Shown here one piece after another: positions 24,918-37,360 of a stretch of 64,000 bases of DNA. Source of the DNA: Ylistrum balloti (lineage: Eukaryota). How positions within the stretch are numbered: position 1 is the stretch's first letter; each line of letters begins with the position of its first letter. A program made the position numbers and the translations under genes. The notes below the pieces were generated by a model, which did no database searches, had not been told where the DNA came from, and saw nothing but the letters and a program-made list of their open reading frames with translations. The DNA is taken from the NCBI RefSeq assembly GCF_031769215.1, contig NW_026782464.1, forward strand, positions 124,001-188,000, in the 5' to 3' direction.

Positions 24918-27712
24918 TGGAGGGATACAAATTGTGGCCTTTCTGCGTCCACTCAGTGGGGAAAATGTTTTAAAGTCAGCGGCAGGTTTATTTTCTGCTC
25001 CTAGAAAATTCAGTATTGAAAAAGGAAAATTAAAAGTTCTTACAACGTCATTGTTTTGAGTGAACGTTATTCTTATTGTTTTTATGCTAAATAACAATAC
25101 ATTTGAAAGAATGCAGTTGAAAACAATTGCCAATAAGTGAATGAGTAGGTCACTGTCACATTAAGGTATGACAGCTTCAAAATGTTGACACTTACCATCA
25201 CTGACCAAGAAGGACTAAACAGCTGTATGATGAAGTTTATATGATGTTTGGATCTACTGTCTCTAACTCTAAATGTCAATTAACAAGTGATATTCATTTG
25301 TGTGTCTTTTGTGCAATCTTCACACCAAATAGGTTTTAAAATTACCTTGCATCGCTTCATTTTACATATGGAATTACAGGGATTTAAACGCAGTGATTCC
25401 GACTGGCGTAATGTACATTGTGAAGCATCTGTATCTAGCCCTGCAAAAGATTATTTCTAGCAATTAGAAATGATAGCCGAATCAACCAATATGACACATG
25501 TCGCTCGAAATCTCGCAAAAAATGCCGTTTACAGAACCAAAAGTAAACGAAACCATGTTAAAGGTTGAAATTGTACAGAAGGCACATATGTTTAGATTAA
25601 CATTTGATACAAATTTAGAATTAGATACAGTATGTTTGAAATGATAAAATTATTTTGTTACAGTTGTTTCGTCCTTCTAGGACTCTTCAGTGATACTAAA
25701 GGACCTAAATGATTAAATCCAGAAGGTGACTGAGGAACATCCAAGCGAAAAAAAACCCCATAATTTGTTGTGTACTGATCATTGCATTTCTTAGGTTTAT
25801 CGCAGCCTGTGTTAGGGAACAGCCAACCAATTGAAAAATCAGACTTTTGAAATTTGAAAAGGCCTCTGTAAAGTTGAGCCCTAGAAAAAAGTTTGGCCGT
25901 CACTGATTGGAAATTATGAAGTTCCAAAACAGATATATGTCCTGATAGGAAATTATTCATTGATAATGTTGATACAAATTTGGTAAGTCTGGTTTGAGCT
26001 TTTGTTCGAAATTCTAGTTTTGATGATAAAACCCAGAACACTAACCCTGAAGTCTATGTAAAATCATTTAGTTGGTTGGTCTCTGTTAGATGTTTTATCA
26101 CGTAGGTTATCGCCATAACATGACAGTGGACAGCTATATAAAGTGTAGTCAAACCCAACATATTGGACAACTATTTCTACATAAAATTTACTTTTGGGTA
26201 TTCCAGGTATTTTTTAAGGTAGCTATTTTTTGTTGTGTATATTTAATTTTGAAAGCGTCTATTTTTTGTGTACATATTTTAGATGAATCTATTCTTTTGG
26301 ATATGTTGCTTTCAGATGTGTCTTTTTAACTGGATACCTCTATTTTTTTGAATGCATGTATTTGTTTTTATATATAGTTTGCGGATGTATCTATGTTCGC
26401 GATTTTAATTAATCCATACTAGAAAATAAGGAAAAATAGAAATAAAGCCCCTCAAAAATAACGACCTTGACAGTAATTCAAATCAGAACTTAACACCAAA
26501 TATAGAAAGCAAATTTTTCTTTATTATCCAAAAATCATATTCTTTAACCAACCACAGCATTAGATATGTAAATTATCCACGAATTAAACAGAGCGAGACC
26601 CTATTAGTAGGTGTAATTTTATCTATCTGAATCTAGATATCATGAAATATATCATAATTCTACAATCAAATTCTTCAGTAGAAATTCTACAAACCAAGCT
26701 TTGTTCAGTGAGAATATCCATATTTCAGAGTTATGTGATTAAAAAATCTTAAATTTGTTTTCGTATGAGATTATTTAATATTTCTCGCCAAGGATCGCAA
26801 AATACTACCAAAAACTTCTACGATTTATTTAATGAAAAAATCTCATACGAAATGAAAACTCCTTTAAGATCCCATATAGTCACGTCCCATTACAAAAACT
26901 CTTATCGTAAACAATATAAAGAGAAAGAAAATATTCTTATCAAGTTCTATATTCAACACAATTTCTTCAAAGGAAATACTGTATCCTTAGTGTTTAGTTC
27001 ACTGAAACATGAGAACGGACATTCAGGACATCACCACACACTGCACAATCTTATTGAAAACCCTGTTAAGCACCAATTCATAGTGAACACCGAAACTGAA
27101 TTCATTTACATACAATTTCAGACAGAAAAAATAAAGAAAAACAATTAAGATGATTATTATGCTGTTAAATAAATGTCACGTGAAAAGTGACCACCACAAC
27201 CAATTACATATACTTACGTAACTATAGTTACATGGTGATGTAGATTGAAGGTATCGGTATATCGTCACATCTGTTCACCCTTTGACTGACTGTAAGTAAT
27301 AACCGTTTTCCAATAGCGAAAAAATCTATGACTGAGAAATTCTAGAACACTTTAGATAAAATATCAACCCTAATTTCTTCCATGTAAATAATGATTTGTG
27401 TTGTATCCAACTCATATCTACGTTGGTGACCATCGTTTAAAACATGACGAATATAATTATTCTCTCATTCAGCTGCGTCAGTTTCTTGCCGATCCTCTAT
27501 TTTTGAATTCTCTGTACTAAATGATAAAAACCTTCTATACTACAAAAGACAAGTGTTATCTAAATTACAGACACCATTCAGAGCTGATCAACCACACTAA
27601 ACGCTTTTTAATTGGCGACGTAATTTGAGTTCAAGCTGGCGGAAAATTAAATCACAAACATAAGTAGTTTGCTTTTGTTATTGTTATAATTTTTCATCTG
27701 TATTTACATCAA

Positions 27713-27718
27713 TTTATT
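27713..27718 (-). terminator. Candidate AATAAA poly(A) signal of the peptide-precursor gene
   Basis: TTTATT on the + strand, about 370 nt downstream of the TAA at 28085. The motif is common in AT-rich DNA. Confidence 0.4.
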
Positions 27719-28084
27719 ACTTTGCCTACTTGTTAGAATTTATATTAAAAATATATTTACATCATTATCTGAAATTGTTAATTTTGCATATTGAACGTCG
27801 GCTTTTGATTATCATCGGAATAGCTCTGTTATTGTGGTAGAAACAGGTCATAAAAACTCGTGATCTTACTATATGATACTTTCTATCGCTCTCGTTGGTT
27901 ATTTCTTAAAAGTAAAGAAAAAAGGGAAATTTTTTACATTCGAAAAACTAACTTGAATAAAAGAAATACCAGAACAACGTGTTGTGCGATTTCTACGTTA
28001 TCTGCTTGTGTTGATTCTTTCGCACATTATACTAAATCATAACTTCACAGTTAGAAAGTAGGGCTGAAAATTTGTTGATAATAA

Positions 28085-30600
28085 TTACAGAGATACAATT
28101 GCTGGAGAGTCGGCTTCCCTCTTCCTTAGAGATACAATTGCTGGAGACTCAGCTTCTCTCTTCCTCACAGATACAATTGCTGGAGACTCGGCTTCCCTCT
28201 TTTTCAGAGATACAATTGCTGGAGACTCGGCTTCCCTCTTCCTCACAGATACAATTGCTGGAGACTCGGCTTCCCTTTTCCTCACAGATACAATTGCTGG
28301 AGACTCGGCTTCCCTCTTCCTCACAGATACAATTGCTGGAGAGTCGACTTCCCTCTTCCTAAGAGATACAATTGCCGGAGACTCCGCTTCCCTCTTCTTC
28401 AGAGACACAATTGCTGGAGACTCGGCTTCCCTCTTTTTCAGAGATACAATTGCTGGAGAGTCGGCTTCCCTCTTCCTTAGAGATACAATTGCTGGAGACT
28501 CGGCTTCCCTCTTCCTCACAGATACAATTGCTGGAGACTCGGCTTCCCTCTTCTTCAGAGACACAATTGCCGGAGACTCCGCTTCCCTCTTCTTCAGAGA
28601 CACAATTGCTGGAGAGTCGGCTTCCCTCTTCCTCACAGATACAATTGCCGGAGAGTCGGCTTCCCTCTTCCTTACAGATACAATTGCCGGAGAGTCGGCT
28701 TCCCTCTTCCTTAGAGATACAATTGCTGGAGAGTCGGCTTCCCTCTTTCTCACAGATACAATTGCTGGAGAGTCGGCTTCCCTCTTCTTCACAGATACAA
28801 TTGCTGGAGAGTCGGCTTCCCTCTTCCTCACAGATACAATTGCTGGAGAGTCGGCTTCCCTCTTCTTCACAGATACAATTGCTGGAGAGTCGGCTTCCCT
28901 CTTCTTCACCGATACAATTGCTGGAGACTCCGCTTCCCTCTTCTTCAGAGACACAATTGCTGGAGACTCGGCTTCCCTCTTCTTCAGAGACACAATTGCT
29001 GGAGACTCGGCTTCCCTCTTCTTCAGAGATACAATTGCTTCTCTTTTCTTCAGAGACACAATTGCTGGAGACTCGGCTTCCCTCTTCTTCAGAGATACAA
29101 TTGCTGGAGAGTCGGCTTCCCTCTTCTTCACCGATACAATTGCTGGAGACCCGGCTTCCCTCTTCTTCAGAGACACAATTGCTGGAGACTCGGCTTCCCT
29201 TTTCTTCAGAGACACAATTGCTGGAGACTCGGCTTCCCTCTTCTTCAGAGATACAATTGCTGGAGAGTCGGCTTCCCTCTTCTTCACAGATACAATTGCT
29301 GGAGAGTCGGCTTCCCTCTTCCTCACAGATACAATTGCTGGAGAGTCGGCTTCCCTCTTCTTCAGAGATACAATTGCTGGAGAGTCGGCTTCCCTCTTCC
29401 TCACCGATACAATTGCCGGAGACTCCGCTTCCCTCTTCCTCACCGATACAATTGCCGGAGACTCCGCTTCCCTCTTCTTCAGAGACACAATTGCTGGAGA
29501 GTCGGCTTCCCTCTTCTTCAGAGACACAATTGCCGGAGACTCCGCTTCCCTCTTCTTCAGAGACACAATTGCTGGAGACTCGGCTTCCCTTTTCTTCAGA
29601 GACACAATTGCCGGAGAGTCGGCTTCCCTCTTCCTCAAAGACACAATTGCCGGAGACTCCGCTTCCCTCTTCTTCAGAGACACAATTGCCGGAGACTCCG
29701 CTTCCCTCTTCTTCAGAGACACAATTGCTGGAGAGTCTGCTTCCCTCTTCCTCAAAGATACAATTGCCGGAGAGTCGGCTTCCCTCTTCCTTAGAGATAC
29801 AATTGCCGGAGACTCCGCTTCCCTCTTCTTCAGAGACACAATTGCTGGAGAGTCGGCTTCCCTCTTCTTCAGAGACACAATTGCCGGAGACTCCGCTTCC
29901 CTCTTCTTCAGAGACACAATTGCTGGAGAGTCGGCTTCCCTCTTCCTCAAAGACACAATTGCCGGAGACTCCGCTTCCCTCTTCTTCAGAGACACAATTG
30001 CTGGAGAGTCGGCTTCCCTCTTCCTCAAAGACACAATTGCCGGAGACTCCGCTTCCCTTTTCTTCAGAGACACAATTGCCGGAGAGTCGGCTTCCCTCTT
30101 CTTCAGAGATACAATTGCCGGAGACTCCGCTTCCCTCTTCTTCAGAGACACAATTGCTGGAGACTCGGCTTCCCTTTTCTTCAGAGATACAATTGCCGGA
30201 GAGTCGGCTTCCCTCTTCCTCAAAGACACAATTGCCGGAGACTCCGCTTCCCTCTTCTTCAGAGATACAATTGCTGGAGACTCGGCTTCCCTCTTCCTCA
30301 AAGATACAATTGCTGGAGACTCGGCTTCCCTTTTCTTCAGAGACACAATTGCTGGAGACTCGGCCTCTCGCTTCTTCAGAGATGCACCCTGAGGGGCTGT
30401 TAACGCTATTGAAAATAAATCACAGACTGTAATTTCATTGCAATTAAAATATGTTTCAAACTTGATCAGACAATAATTAAATTGAATGATTGAATTATTT
30501 GGCTCTATCAGACTGACATTATGTTAAATAAGAATGTAAGAGTAAGCTTACCTAGATTAATCAAACACAGCATGACCACTATTGAAATCCACTGTCTCAT
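28085..30600 (-). CDS. 789-aa secreted multi-copy peptide precursor: signal peptide + 58 EA(E/D)SPAIVS(L/V)-type decapeptides + one EAIVSL, separated by KKR/RKR
   Basis: Coding exon 30600-30552 (MRQWISIVVMLCLINL+G, donor GTAAGC) splices in phase 1 to the acceptor ttttcaatag at 30406. This gives MRQWISIVVMLCLINLALTAPQGASLKKREAESPAIVSL..., and exon 30405-28085 completes 2370 nt. The stop TAA falls exactly where the next KKR would start. Unit variants are silent or conservative (K/R, D/E, L/V) in this frame. Confidence 0.9.
28088..30380. repeat. Coding tandem repeat, 39-bp unit (+ strand consensus AGAGATACAATTGCTGGAGACTCGGCTTCCCTCTTCTTC), about 59 units
   Basis: Read directly. One unit carries an in-frame 12-bp deletion near 29040. 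Confidence 0.97.
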
Positions 30601-31919
30601 ATTTGATGTTTCTGAAACAATACAAAACCTAATGATATATCACGTGTTGGAATTATGATTATACTACATCATCAGTGCACAATCAAACAATAATATGAAT
30701 TTATACAACCTGACAATGCGTTAGATAACAGACTGGTAATGCCCAACGTGACCCCGTTTTCTGCTTGTCCAACCCAACCCCACGTGGTCTCATACATAAT
30801 ACTTAATACCGTCTCGTTTTACACCATATTTAAGTGTATGATTCACTACAGTTTTGACGTTTTCTAATCATAAGAGATATTCGGCTATGAAAACAAATCC
30901 TATTTACATGTGAAAAACACTCGTTTACTGTTACACAACATCATGAAGTAAATAGAATTCACGACGATGATTTGTTAAGATGATAGCTACTATATCTTAT
31001 AAAGTGCATGTTGTCATTGCTATCATGTTGCTGATGTACTATTTTACAGTTGTTACATGAGTTTTTCTTTTCGCCTGGTCTAATGACATATGTCTGTAGC
31101 TATGAGATTTAGTCGATCTTGTATTCTTTCCTATAGAATTAAAGCTATTTGAAAGGTTAAATGAATGCCTCATATTCGAGGAAACATTCATCTATGCCCA
31201 CGAAATAATAATAATATGCATTATCCATATAGAGCTCTATACTGCTAAAATGTCACCTATAAAAAAAACTCTTTACGAGCCATGTTTAAAAAAAACTTAT
31301 TTCTACTATAAAATATACAAAAGTCATCACGTATACATCTATGGTAATACAAAGAAGTATCGAATAAATTTCGGAAGAGTCAAATACTAGCACAAACTAA
31401 TTAAAACACAGTTAAAACACTGTCTAGATCACATGCACTTTTGAAGAGATGCGTTTTCAGAGTGAGAACTTGGCAGCTGATAGCAGGGATCTTACCACTG
31501 TGATACCGTTATGTTATTTATTCTAGACTCATAAAATGTAGAGATTAAAATGTCAATGTTTCTTTCAAAAAAGAATTATTATTATTATAAAGTATTATTT
31601 ATGCTTATAGAATTTAAAATGGCAGTTTAACACAAGGGGAAATAATCCAGTGTATTTCGACTTGTCTTAGTCGCCTCTTGGGCTTCAATGTTTAGGTCCT
31701 TAATAATAATGAAGAGAGGAATAAGGCCGAAACTTTTGTAATGTGGAGTTTGATTCACTATTTGGCTCTATGTAACCTTTCCTTTTCTTATGTATGTTCC
31801 ATCATAGCCGCCTGTGTGGGTATACATTCATTTGTATACATGGAACACAGTTTCACTTAAAATTCAATAGATTAAGAAAACCTAATAAAACCATGTTTAG
31901 AATAATAAATTATGTAGCA

Positions 31920-32150
31920 ATATTTGGTGAGATTTTGAAGCTATTTGGTTCATTTGCAACTATATTTATTTCTACTGGGCACTATGGGTTACGTTCCCTT
32001 AGCGCTAGTCGAGGCGTGGGCACGTGAGCACACAGGTAAGAATGGGGTCAGTCATGGATGAGTGATTTTATAGACTTGGACTTGGAGACCCGTGTAGCCT
32101 TGGTTATATAGGTATCTATTGTAGCCTTCATATATGTTACACATCTGCTA
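31920..32150 (-). repeat. Dispersed repeat, copy 2, inside intron 1 of the peptide-precursor gene
   Basis: Reverse-complement match to about 21460-21650. Confidence 0.7.
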
Positions 32151-33366
32151 GTCCTTAATAGTACGGTGCATATCGGGCTCATTTTGAATTTAAATCCCTG
32201 ATAGCATAAATTCAGGCCAACAATATCTGTTCAATAAAACACATCACATTTTATTATGTGAGTGCATATAGTCAGTTATTTCAAAGGACGCGCCAGTAAA
32301 ACCCCTGTAGTTTATCTGTACAGGTGTGAACTATAGTCATCTCTTTAGTGGGCTAATTTCTCGTCGTCCGATTCTATGTCCTTTATGATTTCATACACTA
32401 CTACAGTCAATATACGAAGAAATCATCTGACACCCCTGACTTTAGTTAAAACAAATAAAACTGCGAGAAGATCTAGAATTTGAAAATACATTTGAACAGA
32501 ACAATTGAATATTATTGAAGCAATTAAAATTTGAAAATTAACAACTGAAAATTCTTGATCAAGGATTCGGATCGGAAGGGATCTACAACATCTACTGATA
32601 ACTATATCTTAAATTAACACAGTACATTAACGAAAAAAAGAAAAATGATTAGAAATCGATTAACCACAGTCACTTGTAAAATTACATTTTCTCTACTATG
32701 GCAATACTTATATACAATGCAAATACATAGTACATCTCTAATTAATTGAACTCGTACATTTTATTTTTCACTAAGATTTATGACTAACGTTTATAAATAG
32801 CAGTCAATAAGTTAATAGTTTTGTTTACAAAATGATAGAACAATGAGAGTAATACAGCAGAAATACAAATAAAATTTCCTTTCTGACTGTATGAGATTTT
32901 AGATGGTTCATTGAGAGACAATCTCTCTACATGTATAATAAATATGATGACGTGCGGCACTGTGGAAACAAAACACTTTAAATTATGAGTGTATCAAACT
33001 ATTCAGTCTGTATCTTATACACATATACGTGTTTGACCATAAATTTAGCTGTACTCTTATATATTTAGAAAATAGATAAACCTTATTCCACATTTATCTA
33101 TGTCATTTTAAAATGTATATCAGCTACGATAGAATCGCACAATTGTGCGATAGAACATGTGCGGTAGCTTATTTTGCCCTGTTTCCCTATCTTGTGGGAA
33201 ATTCTGAATAACTAGCTAGAACTACTAGTAGAGAAAATAAACAGGGTCGTTATTCAATACAAATGTTGATAAATGAAAGTTGAAAAAAAAACCCTTGTAT
33301 ATCTTAATCACTTAAAAAACAATTGTAATCAATTGTGAAAATTAAGAAAGCAATTTTTTTTCTTAC

Positions 33367-33475
33367 CTCTTCACGTGGATGCAGCTGATACAGTTGTTGC
33401 CTTAAAGAGGAGCTTTACAGTTGGTAAATAAGAGAGGATTTACTGATTAAACCCCGTTCGGAGTCAGCTTTTATA
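33367..33475 (-). promoter_or_regulatory. TATA box + Initiator core promoter and non-coding first exon of the peptide-precursor gene
   Basis: Minus-strand CCTATAAAAG has its first T at 33475. The Inr TCAGT has its A at 33444, giving the canonical -31 spacing. A 78-nt exon without an ATG ends at donor GAG|GTAAGA (33366). It would splice to the acceptor ttgtttcag at 30612, 11 nt before the ATG. Confidence 0.7.
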
Positions 33476-34139
33476 GGAGAATATCAAAAACATGTCGTCT
33501 GGAGTTGGGGACAACAATTATTCATATCATTTCGTAGAACTCGTAAAGTTTCACCGCACCCCCATTAATTCGGCTGCACAATAACAACAGTATAATTAAC
33601 GTCAGGGCTAAAGACTCCCTGTCAACTCATCGTACAAATGACAGATAACGACCTCTCCAAGAAACCGGATACTAAATTTTAGAAATGTGACACGGACACA
33701 AGGCACCGATTTCGCAATCTCGCTGAAATCGTTTCCAAGAACTCTGCTAAGAACTGTGTCAATACCTGGTACCTGGGCTTCGAAGGTCTAACATGACTTC
33801 TATCAAAAGTTTTAAGTTGTGCATACATCAAAGAAGCTCAATAAAATTCTTGTAATGGCGAATTTATTTCTTTTAGACACGGTTCTTTATTGGATCTAGT
33901 GTCTGACTGTGTACATGTTGCTGATTTATAGATTAACAAATTTCTGTACAAAGAAAATACGGTATTTTTACAACACACAAAGATCCATTATACTTCTATA
34001 TTTGCTAGCTAAATTTCAACTTAAATCTGTTTTTAAGAAAAAAAATTCACTTAAATACGAGTTACGTTATGTTATGAATGCACCATGAATTATGAAGTTC
34101 TAATCGATAATGGTTTTATGAATACACATTTAGAATTAG

Positions 34140-35280
34140 ATTTTGTCCACGTTGTGAGTATTGCAATAACTTTTCCATACAAAGTGCGATTTTGTCAACA
34201 TTGTGAGTATTTGAATACCTTTACTATACAACGTGCGATTTTGTCAACATTGTGAGTATTTGAATATCTTTACCATGGAAAGTGCGATTTTGTCCACGTT
34301 GTGAGTATTTGAACACCTTTACTCTACAAAGTGCGATTTTGTCCACGTTGTGAGTATTGGGATTCCTTTACTATACAAAGTGCGATTTTGTCCACGTTGT
34401 GAGTATTTGAATACCTTTACTATACAATGTGCGATTTTGTCCATGTTGTGAGTTTTTGAATATCTTTACCATAGAAACTGCGATTTTGTCCACGTTGTGA
34501 GTATTTGAATACCTTTACTCTACAAAGTGCGATTTTGTCCATGTTGTGAGTTTTTGAATATCTTTACCATAGAAACTGCGATTTTGTCCACGTTGTGAGT
34601 ATTTGAATACCTTTACTATACAATGTGCGATTTTGTCCATGTTGTGAGTATTTGGATTCCTTTACTATACAAAGTGCGATTTTGTCCACGTTGTGAGTAT
34701 TTGAATACCTTTACTATACAATGTGCGATTTTGTCCACGTTGTGATTATTTGAATACCTTTACTATACAATGTGCGATTTTGTCCATGTTGTGAGTTTTT
34801 GAATATCTTTACCATAGAAACTGCGATTTTGTCCACGTTGTGAGTATTTGAATACCTTTACTATACAATGTGCGATTTTGTCCATGTTGTGAGTTTTTGA
34901 ATATCTTTACCATAGAAACTGCGATTTTGTCCACGTTGTGAGTATTTGAATACCTTTACTATGCAATGTGCGATTTTGTCCATGTTGTGAGTATTTGAAT
35001 ACCTTTACTATACAATGTGCGATTTAATCCATGTTGTGAGTTTTTGAATATCTTTACCATAGAAACTGCGATTTTGTCCACGTTGTGAGTATTTGAATAC
35101 CTTTACTCTACAAAGTGCGATTTTGTCCACGTTGTGAGTATTGGGATTCCTTTACTATACAAAGTGCGATTTTGTCCACGTTGTGAGTATTTGAATACCT
35201 TTGCTATACAATGTGCGATTTTGTCCATGTTGTGAGTATTTGAATACCTTTACCATGCAAAGTGCGATTTTGTCTATGTA
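34140..35280. repeat. Minisatellite, 49-bp unit (TGCGATTTTGTCCACGTTGTGAGTATTTGAATACCTTTACTATACAAAG), about 23 copies, with partial dimeric higher-order structure
   Basis: Period 49 read directly. Variants ...TTTTGAATATCTTTACCATAGAAAC and ...ATTTGAATACCTTTACTATACAATG alternate over part of the array. Confidence 0.95.
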
Positions 35281-37300
35281 AAGGATACTGGACGTAAACA
35301 TTAACATGGACTGTTTTTTCTGGTTTTACCCTTCCAGACAGATCTATATATAGCCTGTGGAATGATCATCTCCACGGTTAAAGAAAGGAATATCAGAATA
35401 TGCAGATTTCTTTACCATTTATGCATTTTTCCTTTATTCATTCAAACAAATTTCCCCTTTGATGGAAAGAATTTAAGAGAAAATAGGTTCGATTTTCACA
35501 AACAAAATTAGATAAGACAGAAATGAAATTCTAAAATCTAAAAGCTGATCAACAGTTTAAAGAGGAAATAAAACTTTAGAAAATTTAAGTCTGAACAGGT
35601 AGTATTTTTCAAAACAGTGGTACTATTTGTCTGTAAAATATGACAGAACGAGTTTCTAAATATGTACGAATAACAAAATACAGGAAAAACGTCAAACCAT
35701 AACGTGAAAACACAAGGTCACCAATAACAAACAATGATAGATGGTAATAAATTATTGGTAAGTTGGCACTCCCTCTACAAGACGCAATAAAATTATATTG
35801 GTTTACCTCTTTAATAAGCATAAAGGAATATTAATGACCATTTGATAACTATCCGCAGAATATACATACATGTATACCTAGAGAATATTGCATAATATCA
35901 AAATGTAATCTGAATAATTTAATTATAATATATCATATATAATTATTTGATTTCTTAACTTGTGTATTTTATAAAAGTTCTCATTCTGAAAAACTACTAA
36001 CTTGTTTTGAAAAAAAACCCCGAACTTTTAAACAACTTGGATATTTAATCGAATCTAAGTTTCCAACTTTTAGTTACATTGAAAAACAATCTGTGGTATA
36101 CATACATGCATCTTACAAATTGTGTCTTTCAAACAAAATTGTTTTCTCAAATGTTTATTTGAACTTTAATGCACGGTGCGACAAAACAATTAAACACAAA
36201 ATAACAAAATTATTATCAAAAAACCAGTCGGACAAGCGTATAAATCATTAAAGATATTTTTATGTCATCTAATTAATTCTGTTTGCATTGGACGTGTCCT
36301 GGTTTGCAAATTAATGGCGTGTCATTTTGGACAAACGTAAATAAAATTTGACCGCTCTAACAGGTAAACCTAGCATGTGTTGAAGTGCAGATACGTGACA
36401 ACGTCCCAGCGAAATGTTCCGGAAAAAGTATTTTTAAATTTTCCACGAAAACGTTACGCCGTGAATATGATAGTTCATCTTGATGTAGTTGACATAACTT
36501 TTTAGCTGTTTATACAAATATTTCGAAATTCATTAAAATCTGATTTCTAAGTTGAGTACTAATTTGTTCAATTTGTTTACTACATATTTTGACGTTTTAG
36601 CCCAGCAACAGTGAAGTGTGGTTTTTGAAAGTGTATGATATAAGACATTGAAAAAAGATTTAAAAAATATAAATAAGATAAAGATTTTTTGATTTTTTTT
36701 TCACTGAATATAAGTTTTGAAGGGATTGTTATTTCATTATGGCACGTTTTCCCTCTGTATTTTTTTTTAATTTTTCCGTGCTATTGTTGTTATTCGTTTC
36801 GTGTATGTTTTTTTTTTTTAATTTTACGTTTTAAAATGGTAGCAAAAATGTCCTTCCGTCCTTAGACCCTTTCGATTATTTCAAGAAGGCAAAATATCTT
36901 TAAAAAATCAATTCTAAGTGACAAATTAATTTTCAATCATCCCATAAGCTTCTTACATAAACAAATACAACAGCCAATGTGTTTTGGAGGGCAGCGTATG
37001 TAAACCAGTTAAAATGGTTAACCATTAGCAATATTTATGGGATGGGACCTATGGTGCTTACATGTCGCATTTTATTCAATATTGAAGCTTATTTCCTGTT
37101 TTCGTGCAGCATTTTGGCAACTGACATGAAAAGGCAGTGTTTCGAAAATGCTTGTCGATGAAGATTTACAAATTCATTGAGAAGTATTCTATGTGTGAAA
37201 CGAAGCTAAACGTGTTTAATGCTCTATGGTATACCTAATGGTTGCGTTTCTTTTTACCTTGTTCTCATTAAGGAACGTAACACTGCGTGTTTGGATTGAT

Positions 37301-37360
37301 CAGGATTTACATGGCGGGTGTCATAGATGAAACAGAAGACGCTTACTATTCCGGAACAAA
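37301..37360 (+). repeat. Short fragment of a dispersed repeat family (inverted partner at 39641-39687)
   Basis: AGGATTTACATGGCGGGTGTCATAGATGAAACAGAAGACGCTTAC is similar to minus-strand AGGATTTACATGATGGGTGTCGTCGATGCAGAAGCAGACGCTTAC in PHM intron 4. Confidence 0.55.

Noticed and set aside
26480-27148. + ORF of 127 aa as a gene or LINE 3' end
   Set aside because: Low-complexity A-rich translation with only vague LINE resemblance. Not supportable.
28072-30432. + strand 686-aa and 96-aa ORFs (ETQLLETRLPSSS)n
   Set aside because: Antisense shadow of the coding repeat. Variants are radical in this frame (L/P, R/P, S/F, E/Q/K/P), it has an internal stop at about 28362, and no signal or splice context was found.
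8056-35280. Tandem arrays as possible CRISPR arrays
   Set aside because: Units are contiguous with no unique spacers, there are no cas genes, and the context is eukaryotic.
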